From a virus (lineage: Duplodnaviria > Caudoviricetes): DNA of 36,626 nucleotides. The stretch covers positions 1 through 36,626 of IMG/VR virus record IMGVR_UViG_3300046779_000458; one strand, written 5' to 3'. The position numbers and the translations under genes were made by a program. The notes beneath the pieces were generated by a model. It did no database searches and had not been told where the DNA came from. It was given only the letters and a program-made list of their open reading frames with translations. Positions 8,294-16,296 of this stretch are shown piece by piece; within the stretch, counting starts at the first letter, position 1; each line of letters starts with the position of its first letter.

Positions 8294-8432
8294 GATATTG
8301 ATATTATTAACATTTATGTCATTTATGGGGTCGGTTTATGCCTGTCGGAGTGTGATTATCGATACTCCGAATGGCTCAATGGTTTGCTTTATTTGCAACG
8401 ATGGAAAATACATAAACTGCGATAAGCTATGA
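8283..8432 (+). CDS. Small exported Cys-rich protein (49 aa)
   Basis: MKTKILILLTFMSFMGSVYA signal-like N-terminus ending V-Y-A; four Cys in the mature part. Confidence 0.65.
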   Translation: MKTKILILLTFMSFMGSVYACRSVIIDTPNGSMVCFICNDGKYINCDKL

Positions 8433-8530
8433 AAACATTACTATTTTATGCTTTTACGGCTCTGATTTCAGTCTATGTTTTCTATCATTTAGTTGGAGTA
8501 GTCCTATGCTATACTTGGGAATACCTCTAA
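8429..8530 (+). CDS. Small membrane protein (33 aa)
   Basis: ATGA overlap; hydrophobic MKTLLFYAFTALISVYVFYHLVGVVLC. Confidence 0.55.
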   Translation: MKTLLFYAFTALISVYVFYHLVGVVLCYTWEYL

Positions 8531-8593
8531 AACCGCTTAAATGGGCTTTAGAGGCACTTTTACGGACTAGGTGATACCTACCTATTACCTAGT
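8524..8593. other. Two tandem hairpins in an early intergenic gap
   Basis: CCTCTAAA...TTTAGAGG (8524-8554) and ACTAGGTGATA-CCTACC-TATTACCTAGT (8566-8593). Confidence 0.6.
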
Positions 8594-8620
8594 ATGTTTT
8601 AACGCAATAGAGAGGGTTTT

Positions 8621-8803
8621 ATGAGTAAATGCGAAGATTGTTTTAATGATTGGTGGCTAGAGTATCGAGAAAATAGCGATATTGCTAAAAAAGAGGCTTG
8701 GACTATATGGGAATCGGCTTTTAGTGCTGGTGGCTTTCAGCCTTGGTATAGTCTGACTAAAGAGCAGATTAAAATTCTAATCAAATCAATTCAGGAGGAA
8801 TGA
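8621..8803 (+). CDS. Hypothetical protein
   Basis: 60 aa, GAGGG SD. Confidence 0.65.
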   Translation: MSKCEDCFNDWWLEYRENSDIAKKEAWTIWESAFSAGGFQPWYSLTKEQIKILIKSIQEE

Positions 8804-9030
8804 TGCACTGCACAATATGTGATAAGTTATTAAACGATTACGAATCCACTAGGAAGACCCTAGACGGGCAGTATTTGGATATGTGCCAAGATTGTTACAC
8901 AGGGCTTGATGTATTGATTCCGACAATAGATCGTAAGGATTTGCTACACGAGGCGGATATGCCTAGCATGGATGATTTATTTCAAAATTATGAGGACTAT
9001 GCCGACTATAAAGACAATGAAGACCTATAA
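8800..9030 (+). CDS. Zn-finger hypothetical protein
   Basis: CTIC and CQDC pairs, acidic tail, AGGAGG SD. Confidence 0.75.
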   Translation: MMHCTICDKLLNDYESTRKTLDGQYLDMCQDCYTGLDVLIPTIDRKDLLHEADMPSMDDLFQNYEDYADYKDNEDL

Positions 9031-9111
9031 CGATACTGCTAATGTTATATACATAGTAATAATTACCATTGTTATATACATCGTATCACTATGAAGTTAT
9101 CTATATAGATG

Positions 9112-9140
9112 AGGGTAGCATAGATTTATGATTTTGTCAA
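9112..9140 (-). promoter_or_regulatory. Antisense sigma70-type promoter
   Basis: TTGACA-17 nt-TACCCT with extended TG; no - strand gene downstream. Confidence 0.55.
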
Positions 9141-9164
9141 TAGCAATATGTTGTTTTTATGTCG

Positions 9165-9193
9165 TTGTATTTATTGTTGATTTGTTGTATTGT
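9165..9193 (+). promoter_or_regulatory. sigma70-type promoter (middle genes)
   Basis: TTGTAT-17 nt-TATTGT, followed by the AAGGAGG SD of the next gene. Confidence 0.5.
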
Positions 9194-9216
9194 CGTATAT
9201 CAAGGAGGAATTATTT

Positions 9217-9381
9217 ATGATGTCGCACAACGAAGAAGCACGATACCATTTCATTTTGATGGACATGGTCGATCTAATCGGGGATTATGGCTATGATCGT
9301 GTGATGGCTGATCTCGATGTCGCTATCGCTGATAAGGTCAATCGATTAGTCGCTAGGGCTGTTGCGGAAGACCAAGAATGA
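9217..9381 (+). CDS. Hypothetical protein (MMSHNEEARY...)
   Basis: AAGGAGG SD before the ATG at 9217. Confidence 0.75.
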   Translation: MMSHNEEARYHFILMDMVDLIGDYGYDRVMADLDVAIADKVNRLVARAVAEDQE

Positions 9382-9557
9382 AGCTGCGCTACGAAGTTAG
9401 GGACGAATATAACGAGATTGTGCGTTGCTTTGCTAGTCGCCAAGAGGCACAGGCACATTGTAAGTTAGACCCTAGTTTTTGGATTAAAACAAACAAGATT
9501 GCTAAACGGAATCTATTTCGTGAAGCATTAGAAAAGGTCGGCGAATGTCTATTTTAA
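9378..9557 (+). CDS. Hypothetical protein (59 aa, MKLRYEVRDE...)
   Basis: ATGA overlap; open to TAA at 9557. Confidence 0.65.
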   Translation: MKLRYEVRDEYNEIVRCFASRQEAQAHCKLDPSFWIKTNKIAKRNLFREALEKVGECLF

Positions 9558-9775
9558 GGTTCATAACGATTGTCGGTGTATTTGCTTTCGGTGTATTCGT
9601 AGGATATACAGTCAATCGAGTGGAATTTGACCATCATGGGTGCGATGACTATACCGGCAAGTATCAACGCTATGAAGCGTGGCTAAGTGTTAAAGATGGG
9701 ATTTATCGTTGTTTTTGGATTGAGAAGGAGTATCCTTGGCGGGTTAGGGTTCAGGGTGTTATCGATGTAAAGTAA
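9545..9775 (+). CDS. Membrane-anchored hypothetical protein
   Basis: N-terminal hydrophobic helix and two Cys. Confidence 0.65.
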   Translation: MSILRFITIVGVFAFGVFVGYTVNRVEFDHHGCDDYTGKYQRYEAWLSVKDGIYRCFWIEKEYPWRVRVQGVIDVK

Positions 9776-9841
9776 CATTAGCGTTACTTTATAACCTATA
9801 AGGATACATTTATGTTACATTTTACAACTTAGGAGTTATAT

Positions 9842-10084
9842 ATGACACAGTATTATGACATTAGCAATAACCTTGATACCTTAGAGTATCGTTTAGAATC
9901 GTTTATGAATGTGCTAGAGGCTTTGGCAGCTTCGGATCAGGATGACCTAAGCAGTGGCACGATGTGGTTCATACACGACACTGTAAAGACCTACAAGGAA
10001 GAAGTTTCTCGGATCTCTACCGAGGCTATGATGGCTCACCGGAATGAATCAGAATTACCACACAAGAAAGCGAGTAAGAAATGA
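9842..10084 (+). CDS. Hypothetical protein
   Basis: AGGAG SD, 80 aa. Confidence 0.75.
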   Translation: MTQYYDISNNLDTLEYRLESFMNVLEALAASDQDDLSSGTMWFIHDTVKTYKEEVSRISTEAMMAHRNESELPHKKASKK

Positions 10085-10239
10085 CATTATTACAACTACC
10101 ACGAGTTATTGAGGTTGTGAACGGACTTAGCAAAGAAATCGAAGCACTCAAAGCTAAAGTTCAGGCACTTGAACAACAACTTGCATTAGCCAAAACTGTA
10201 AAGGAAACGAAACCAAATGCTAGTGGAAAAGCAAAGTAA
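10081..10239 (+). CDS. Small coiled-coil protein (52 aa)
   Basis: ATGA overlap; MTLLQLPRVIEVVNGLSKEIEALKAKVQALEQQL. Confidence 0.65.
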   Translation: MTLLQLPRVIEVVNGLSKEIEALKAKVQALEQQLALAKTVKETKPNASGKAK

Positions 10240-11815
10240 GTTTATTAAACACATACCTTGTAATCATTGTGGATCGTCCGATGGTAATTCACTCTATGAT
10301 GATGGGCATACTTACTGCCATGTTTGCCACACGCACGACAACGGCAACGGGGCAGTATCAACTAAACGAGAAACCAAACCTATGACGAAGGACTTAGAAT
10401 TCTATGACAATGCTTCTGCTGGTGCTATCAGTGATCGTAATATTTCTTCGGCTGTTTGCCTAAAATACGGAGTCAAGCAAGATGTTAATAAACATTACTA
10501 TCCTTACTTCGATAACGATGGTGTGTTATCTGCTATTAAGATTAGGCTCGTCAGTTCTAAATCGTTTTCGATTGCTGGTGACTTTAGCTCTACGATGCTA
10601 TTCGGTCAAAACTGTTTCCCTAAAGGCGGACGCTACCTAACGATCTGCGAAGGCGAGTTAGACGCACTATCAGCGTTTCAGATGATGGGTGCGAAGTATC
10701 CTGTCGTATCTATTCGTAATGGTGCTTCGGCAGCTCTGAAGGACTGCAAGGCTCAATATGAATACATTGATTCATTCGAGAATATCGTTCTCTGCTTTGA
10801 TGGTGACGAAGCTGGACAGAAGGCGATGCAATCCGTAGCTGAACTCTTCGGTGGCAAAGTGCGGATGATGAAGACCCGCACAGGGCTAAAAGATGCCTCG
10901 GACTATCTCAAGATCAAAGCGGACAAGGAGTTCGTCGACGATTGGTGGAGGGCAGAGCAATATGTGCCTGATGGCATCATTCAAGGCTCTACGCTTTGGG
11001 AAGTGGTGTCTAAGCCGATTGACAAGGCAGAAGTCGATTATCCCTATGCCGGTATCAACAAACTTACCTACGGCATCCGCAAAGGCGAGTTAGTGATGAT
11101 TACTGCCGGATCAGGCTTGGGCAAGTCGCAATTCTTACGGGAGATCGTATGGCATATTCTCTCAAAGACCGAGGACAATATCGGTATGATGTTCTTGGAA
11201 GAAGGAGTGCGTAAAACTGCAAGATCGCTGATGTCATTGGCATTGAACAAACCCATTCACTTACCTGATGTGGATGTTACAGAGGAGGAACTTAGAGATG
11301 GATTTACTCGCACCTTGGGAACTGATCGCTTGTATCTTTTTGATCATTTCGGTAGTAGCACTCTTGACAATATTGTCAATCGGGTTCGCTATATGGCTAA
11401 AGGACTCGGATGCGGGTATGTGGTGTTGGATCACATTAGTATCATTGTTAGTGGTGGCGATGTTGGGGATGAACGCAAGGCACTTGATGCTATTATGACT
11501 AGGTTACGGATGTTGGTTCAGGAAACCGGCATCAGTCTGATTTGTGTGTCGCACCTGAAACGCCCGGAAAGCAAAGGACACGAGGAAGGCGCTGCAACAT
11601 CGTTGGCTCAGCTTCGTGGTTCAGGCTCAATCGCCCAGCTATCGGACATCGTGATCGGTCTTGAGCGTAACGGACAAGCTACCGACATGGTTGAGAGAAA
11701 CACTACTCATGTTAGAGTATTAAAGAATCGATTTAGCGGTTACACTGGCGGTGCTTGTGATTTGTTGTATAACCCATCAACCGGAAGAATGTTAGAGATA
11801 CAGGAGACGATATGA
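10217..11815 (+). CDS. T7 gp4-like DNA primase-helicase
   Basis: Zn-binding CNHC..CHVC, TOPRIM EGELDA/DGD, Walker A GSGLGKS, LDHISI, LRGSGSIAQLSD, KNRFSG. Confidence 0.97.
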   Translation: MLVEKQSKFIKHIPCNHCGSSDGNSLYDDGHTYCHVCHTHDNGNGAVSTKRETKPMTKDLEFYDNASAGAISDRNISSAVCLKYGVKQDVNKHYYPYFDNDGVLSAIKIRLVSSKSFSIAGDFSSTMLFGQNCFPKGGRYLTICEGELDALSAFQMMGAKYPVVSIRNGASAALKDCKAQYEYIDSFENIVLCFDGDEAGQKAMQSVAELFGGKVRMMKTRTGLKDASDYLKIKADKEFVDDWWRAEQYVPDGIIQGSTLWEVVSKPIDKAEVDYPYAGINKLTYGIRKGELVMITAGSGLGKSQFLREIVWHILSKTEDNIGMMFLEEGVRKTARSLMSLALNKPIHLPDVDVTEEELRDGFTRTLGTDRLYLFDHFGSSTLDNIVNRVRYMAKGLGCGYVVLDHISIIVSGGDVGDERKALDAIMTRLRMLVQETGISLICVSHLKRPESKGHEEGAATSLAQLRGSGSIAQLSDIVIGLERNGQATDMVERNTTHVRVLKNRFSGYTGGACDLLYNPSTGRMLEIQETI

Positions 11816-12309
11816 GTAACGATAATTTAATTTCCCAAGAACTACTACACGAGATTTTTGAATATCGCGACGGTCATTTGTATTGGAAAAATCCTAAGGC
11901 TAAAAATGTTAAATCAGATAGTAAAGCAGGAAGTCTAAAAGATACCGGATATTTACGAGTTGGCTTATTCGGTAAACACTTTCGTGTTCATCGATTAATT
12001 TATTTAATGTTTCATGGATATGTGCCTAAAATCTTAGATCATATAAACGGAAATAAGTTAGATAATCGAATTGAAAATTTGAGACCTGCTACCTCTTCTC
12101 AAAATAATTCAAATTCTGTAAAACAAAAGAGAAATACATCAGGAATTAAAAATGTATATTGGAATAAAGGCATAAAAAAATGGACTGTTATTATTGGTGT
12201 TGATAAGAAACTTAAATACTTTGGTAGTTACAATAGTATTGAAGAAGCCGCTGAAGTAGCTAAACAAAAACGGATTGAATTACATAAGGAGTTTGCACGA
12301 CATGAGTGA
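11812..12309 (+). CDS. Free-standing HNH homing endonuclease with AP2-like C-terminal domain
   Basis: VHRLIY..LDHINGNKLDNRIENLR, NTSGIKNV..YFGSY..EEAA; AT-rich relative to its flanks. Confidence 0.92.
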   Translation: MSNDNLISQELLHEIFEYRDGHLYWKNPKAKNVKSDSKAGSLKDTGYLRVGLFGKHFRVHRLIYLMFHGYVPKILDHINGNKLDNRIENLRPATSSQNNSNSVKQKRNTSGIKNVYWNKGIKKWTVIIGVDKKLKYFGSYNSIEEAAEVAKQKRIELHKEFARHE

Positions 12310-12622
12310 GGATTTTTTAGACAAGGCTAGGAAGTATGCAAAGCATGACGATTATCATGTTACTCGCAAGATTATCAGCGATTTATGCGATGAAATCGAG
12401 CGTTTGCGGGAGCTAAATAAAGATGTCTTTAGTAGGATTCAGGATAATAAAGAAATCTTTAATAACTCTGAACGGTATCTTTGGCTTCGTAACTCAGCTT
12501 GGGATGTGCCGCAAGGGGCTTATGCACCGATTGTGGTAATATGCGATAACAAGATGGCAACATGGGAATGGCTTGATGGCACTGCGTTAGACTTAACTAT
12601 TGACAAATGGAGAAACGAATGA
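12302..12622 (+). CDS. Hypothetical protein
   Basis: TAAGGAG SD before MSEDF; ERYLWLR motif common in phage proteins. Confidence 0.75.
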   Translation: MSEDFLDKARKYAKHDDYHVTRKIISDLCDEIERLRELNKDVFSRIQDNKEIFNNSERYLWLRNSAWDVPQGAYAPIVVICDNKMATWEWLDGTALDLTIDKWRNE

Positions 12623-12780
12623 GAGATATTACTGCACGGTTTATGATCACCAGAACATATTATGTAACGGTATTGGCGGAGTCCGAGGAACACGCTTGGG
12701 ATGTCTTAGAGCATACAGCCGACGACAAACTCGAATACTGTGACGAGCAAGTGGAGTTGCTAGAGACAGATTATGCTTAG
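12619..12780 (+). CDS. Hypothetical protein (53 aa, VLAESEEHA motif)
   Basis: GGAG SD, ATGA overlap; motif resembles 7954-8142. Confidence 0.65.
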   Translation: MRDITARFMITRTYYVTVLAESEEHAWDVLEHTADDKLEYCDEQVELLETDYA

Positions 12781-12985
12781 TCTCAAGTGGATTGCAACTT
12801 ATCTCTGCCTAGCCGGTATTGCGCTGACCAGCTTTAACTATTACCCGATTAATATTGTTCTTAGTGCGGTTGGCAGTGCGATGTGGGCTTGGGCGGGATG
12901 GAAGCAGCGAGATAACCCTCTTTTGATTGTGGAATTAGTGGCGGTGTTCTTTTACTTATCGGGAATGATTTCGTGGATGATGTAA
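12773..12985 (+). CDS. Small three-TM membrane protein
   Basis: Three hydrophobic segments with a W..AG.K..D motif. Confidence 0.7.
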   Translation: MLSLKWIATYLCLAGIALTSFNYYPINIVLSAVGSAMWAWAGWKQRDNPLLIVELVAVFFYLSGMISWMM

Positions 12986-13302
12986 CAAAGAGAGTATTTG
13001 ATTTGGCACAAGGATGTATCGAAGAGTTGTATAAACAAAAGGAGTATATACAGTATTTAGAAGAGTATATTGAGGAGTTAGAGCATGGTGTGGAAATGTC
13101 CACCACTGAATCTGTTCAACTGGAACAACCTATGGAAATGGAGGAAGCAAATGAATCAGGACGACCAAGAGCAGTTAGAGCAAGAACTAAGGCAGCAATT
13201 GAGGATAGTTCGGGACGAGTTAATCAAGACCCAGACGGAGTTAATGCTGGCACTGGCGGAGCTGGAAGCAATGCGACATCAGCTGATAACCTTGACAAAT
13301 AG
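12973..13302 (+). CDS. Hypothetical coiled-coil protein, C-terminus overlapping the next gene
   Basis: GTG start overlapping the previous stop; acidic helical N-half. Confidence 0.55.
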   Translation: MDDVTKRVFDLAQGCIEELYKQKEYIQYLEEYIEELEHGVEMSTTESVQLEQPMEMEEANESGRPRAVRARTKAAIEDSSGRVNQDPDGVNAGTGGAGSNATSADNLDK

Positions 13303-13312
13303 CCAACATTAG
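13085..13312 (+). CDS. Hypothetical Trp-rich/coiled-coil protein
   Basis: GAGGAG SD before MVWKCPPLN; second possible start MNQDD (GGAGG SD) at 13151. Confidence 0.6.
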   Translation: MVWKCPPLNLFNWNNLWKWRKQMNQDDQEQLEQELRQQLRIVRDELIKTQTELMLALAELEAMRHQLITLTNSQH

Positions 13313-13320
13313 TATACAGT
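13292..13320 (+). promoter_or_regulatory. sigma70-type promoter of the DNA polymerase gene
   Basis: TTGACA-17 nt-TACAGT; the ATG follows after 6 nt. Confidence 0.75.
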
Positions 13321-13326
13321 TTAATC

Positions 13327-14985
13327 ATGAGACTATTATTGGACATCGAAACCACATTAGATCATAGCAAGATTTGGTGCGTTGTTACAAAGGATTTAGA
13401 CACACAAGAGGTACGGATATGGAAAGAAGCAAAAGACTTGTCGGAGTACATAAAGGCAGCGAGTTTGATAGTGGCTCACAATGGGATCGCATTCGATTTC
13501 TACTTACTGAACAAGTTATGGAAATGTCAGATTACATTGAAGAGAGTCAGAGATACACTCGTTCTAAGCCGCTTACTAAATCCAAGTCTCGAAGGCGGAC
13601 ACAGCCTAGCGAATCTAGGGAAGTTGCTAGGGATCGAGAAGAGTGAGTTTAATGATTTTGATTTACAGACGCAGTCGTTTGACGAGATGGTGCAGTATTG
13701 CAAGCAAGATGTGGAAGTGCTACACCGGATTTACAACTACCTTGAAGCTGAGTTAAAGCGACAAGAATTTTCAACACAATCACAGGAGTTAGAACATGAA
13801 GTTCAAGCAATCATCGCAGTCCAAGAAAGAAACGGTTTCAAGTTCGATGAACAATCTGCTATGCAACTACTGGCTGAACTTAAAGCTAAGTTGGACGCTA
13901 TTACGGTTGAAATGCAAGGGATTTTTCCTCCCCGCATCACTTCTGGTCGCACCCACAAAAAAACCGGCAAGCCGCTCAAAGACATTATCGAGCCGTTCAA
14001 CCCCGGCAGCCGCCAGCAAATCGCAGAAAGGCTTATCGAAAAAGGCTGGAAACCGGAAAAGTTCACCGAAAAAGGCAGCGTCATCGTCGACGAAACAACC
14101 CTCGAAGGTCTCGACTTCCCCGAAGCGAAAGCAATCGCCGAATACTTGATGCTACAAAAGCGTATTGCACAAATCGAAAGCTGGATCGAACACATTCAGG
14201 CAGACGGTCGTGTGCATGGCAAAGTAATCACCAACGGGGCTGTGACAGGACGCATGACGCATCACAGTCCTAACATGGCACAAGTTCCTAACACTGGTGC
14301 TATCTACGGTGCAGAATGTAGGAATCTTTGGACAGTTGAGAAAGGATGTAAGTTAGTCGGTATCGACGCAAGCGGTTTAGAGTTGCGGATGTTGGCTCAC
14401 TACATGAATGATAATGAATATACGAATGAAGTTATTTCCGGCGACATACACACAGCCAATCAAACAGCAGCAGGATTGGAGACGAGGAATCAAGCTAAGA
14501 CTTTTATCTATGCCTTCCTCTATGGCGCAGGAGCTGCCAAGATCGGGAAGATTGTTGGAGGCTCAGCGAAAGAAGGACAAAAGCTCATTACTAATTTTCT
14601 ACGCAATACGCCGAAACTCGAAAAACTACGGACTCGTGTATCTGAAGCGTATGCTAAGAGGGGTTGCCTTCAAGCCCTTGACGGACGCAAGTTACTCGTT
14701 CGGTCGGAGCATTCGGCGCTCAACACGCTATTGCAAGGCGCTGGTGCGATAGTAATGAAAAAAGCATTGATTTTATTAAATAAAGACTTGACAAAACGGA
14801 AAATACCGTTTAAATTTGTAGCTAATGTTCATGACGAATGGCAAGTAGAAGTTCCTGAACAGTTTGCAGATGAAGTAGGTCAGTCCGGTGTTCGAGCAAT
14901 ACAGAATGCTGGATTGGAATTTAAAATGAATTGCCCCTTAACTGGGGAATACAAGATAGGTGCTACATGGAAAGAGACGCATTAG
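13327..14985 (+). CDS. polA: Family A (T7-like) DNA polymerase with 3'-5' exonuclease
   Basis: LDIET exo I, DASGLELR motif A, RNQAKTFIYAFLYG motif B (Tyr at the 762-equivalent), VHDE motif C. Confidence 0.97.
   Translation: MRLLLDIETTLDHSKIWCVVTKDLDTQEVRIWKEAKDLSEYIKAASLIVAHNGIAFDFYLLNKLWKCQITLKRVRDTLVLSRLLNPSLEGGHSLANLGKLLGIEKSEFNDFDLQTQSFDEMVQYCKQDVEVLHRIYNYLEAELKRQEFSTQSQELEHEVQAIIAVQERNGFKFDEQSAMQLLAELKAKLDAITVEMQGIFPPRITSGRTHKKTGKPLKDIIEPFNPGSRQQIAERLIEKGWKPEKFTEKGSVIVDETTLEGLDFPEAKAIAEYLMLQKRIAQIESWIEHIQADGRVHGKVITNGAVTGRMTHHSPNMAQVPNTGAIYGAECRNLWTVEKGCKLVGIDASGLELRMLAHYMNDNEYTNEVISGDIHTANQTAAGLETRNQAKTFIYAFLYGAGAAKIGKIVGGSAKEGQKLITNFLRNTPKLEKLRTRVSEAYAKRGCLQALDGRKLLVRSEHSALNTLLQGAGAIVMKKALILLNKDLTKRKIPFKFVANVHDEWQVEVPEQFADEVGQSGVRAIQNAGLEFKMNCPLTGEYKIGATWKETH
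14788..14816 (+). promoter_or_regulatory. Intragenic sigma70-type promoter
   Basis: TTGACA-17 nt-TAAATT near the pol 3' end, upstream of the SSB gene. Confidence 0.45.
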
Positions 14986-15167
14986 AAGATAAAGAAGTAG
15001 AAGGTCAGGTCATCATTACTTTGTACACCGATCGCACATTTTCTATCGGGACCTCTGTTGATTTAGAGACTACCGTTGACTGCTTAATTGCAGCCGCAGA
15101 CGGGATTGTCGAAGAAACGATGGATGGGATCGATGAAATGAAGGCTTTTTCCGGAAAGCCGCACTAA
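14967..15167 (+). CDS. Acidic hypothetical protein
   Basis: MERDALED... start overlapping the pol end, AGGT SD. Confidence 0.65.
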   Translation: MERDALEDKEVEGQVIITLYTDRTFSIGTSVDLETTVDCLIAAADGIVEETMDGIDEMKAFSGKPH

Positions 15168-15205
15168 GCTGTATTTTATTAACCGCAGTATAACAAGGAG
15201 TTATT

Positions 15206-15622
15206 ATGGCAAATATTGAAAAGCCAATCAAAGTAGAAGCAGAAGTTCAATGGGCGTTCTTCAACAAGAAGAATGAGATGTCAGGTAAGTTTCAAGTGGA
15301 CTTGACAAACCTTAGCGACAATGCTGTGCAAGCGTTGAAAGACGCTGGCTTAGAGCCACGCAATCGTGAAGACAAGCCTGAAAAGGGCTGGTTTATTACC
15401 GCCAAGAGTAATTACGAAATTAAGCCTGTTGACAAGTCCGGTAACGAGATTACCGATATTGTCGGCAACGGTTCAAAAGCAGTTGCGTTAATTAAGCCGT
15501 ATGAGTGGAGCTGGAAGAACAAGAAAGGTGTTTCTCCTTCCTTGGTCAAAATCATCATCAACGATCTCAAAGTGTACAACGCTGAGGAAACCGCTGAAGA
15601 AGAGGATGACATTCCATTATGA
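15206..15622 (+). CDS. ssDNA-binding protein (T7 gp2.5-like)
   Basis: AAGGAG SD, GNGSK motif, acidic tail EEEDDIPL, position between pol and exonuclease. Confidence 0.75.
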   Translation: MANIEKPIKVEAEVQWAFFNKKNEMSGKFQVDLTNLSDNAVQALKDAGLEPRNREDKPEKGWFITAKSNYEIKPVDKSGNEITDIVGNGSKAVALIKPYEWSWKNKKGVSPSLVKIIINDLKVYNAEETAEEEDDIPL

Positions 15623-16296
15623 TCGCCTTGGTTGATGCCGATATTCTTGTATATCGATTCGGGTTCGCATCCGAAGGAGACCCCGCAGAGTTTGCGTTAG
15701 CCCGTCTATCCGAATTCTTGGATAATCTCATCTTACAAGACGGCATCACCGAAGCATGGGGCTATCTTACTGGTAGTGGCAATTTTCGCCACGACATCGC
15801 TAAGACAGCTCCATACAAAGGCAACCGTGTGCTTGAGAAGCCATATCATTATCAGTTGCTTCGTGAGTACATGGAGAAGTCGTGGGGATTTGAAGTAATA
15901 GATGGAATGGAAGCAGACGATGCGATTGGTATTGAAGCCTATCGCCATGAGCCAGAAGAGACAATCATTGTCAGCATTGACAAAGACCTCAACATGATTC
16001 GTGGTAATCATTACAACTTCGTTAAGGAAGAGAAATACTTCGTTACCGAAGAAGACGCTATCCGTAACTTCTATCTTCAGATCCTTACCGGCGACAAGGT
16101 TGACAACATTATTGGACTGCAGGGCGTTGGTCCTGTTAAGTCCAAGAAGTTGTTAGCAGACTGCAATACCGAAGTAGAGATGTACGAAGCTGTATTGAAA
16201 GCGTACGATGGCGATGAAGCCAGAGTGCTTGAAAATGCTCGTTTATTATGGATTTTAAGAGAGGAGAAGCAAGTATGGCATCCGCCAGTAAAGTGA
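15619..16296 (+). CDS. 5'-3' exonuclease (T7 gp6-like)
   Basis: VDADIL, YKGNR, EADDAIG, SIDKDL, GDKVDNIIGLQGVG. Confidence 0.93.
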   Translation: MIALVDADILVYRFGFASEGDPAEFALARLSEFLDNLILQDGITEAWGYLTGSGNFRHDIAKTAPYKGNRVLEKPYHYQLLREYMEKSWGFEVIDGMEADDAIGIEAYRHEPEETIIVSIDKDLNMIRGNHYNFVKEEKYFVTEEDAIRNFYLQILTGDKVDNIIGLQGVGPVKSKKLLADCNTEVEMYEAVLKAYDGDEARVLENARLLWILREEKQVWHPPVK

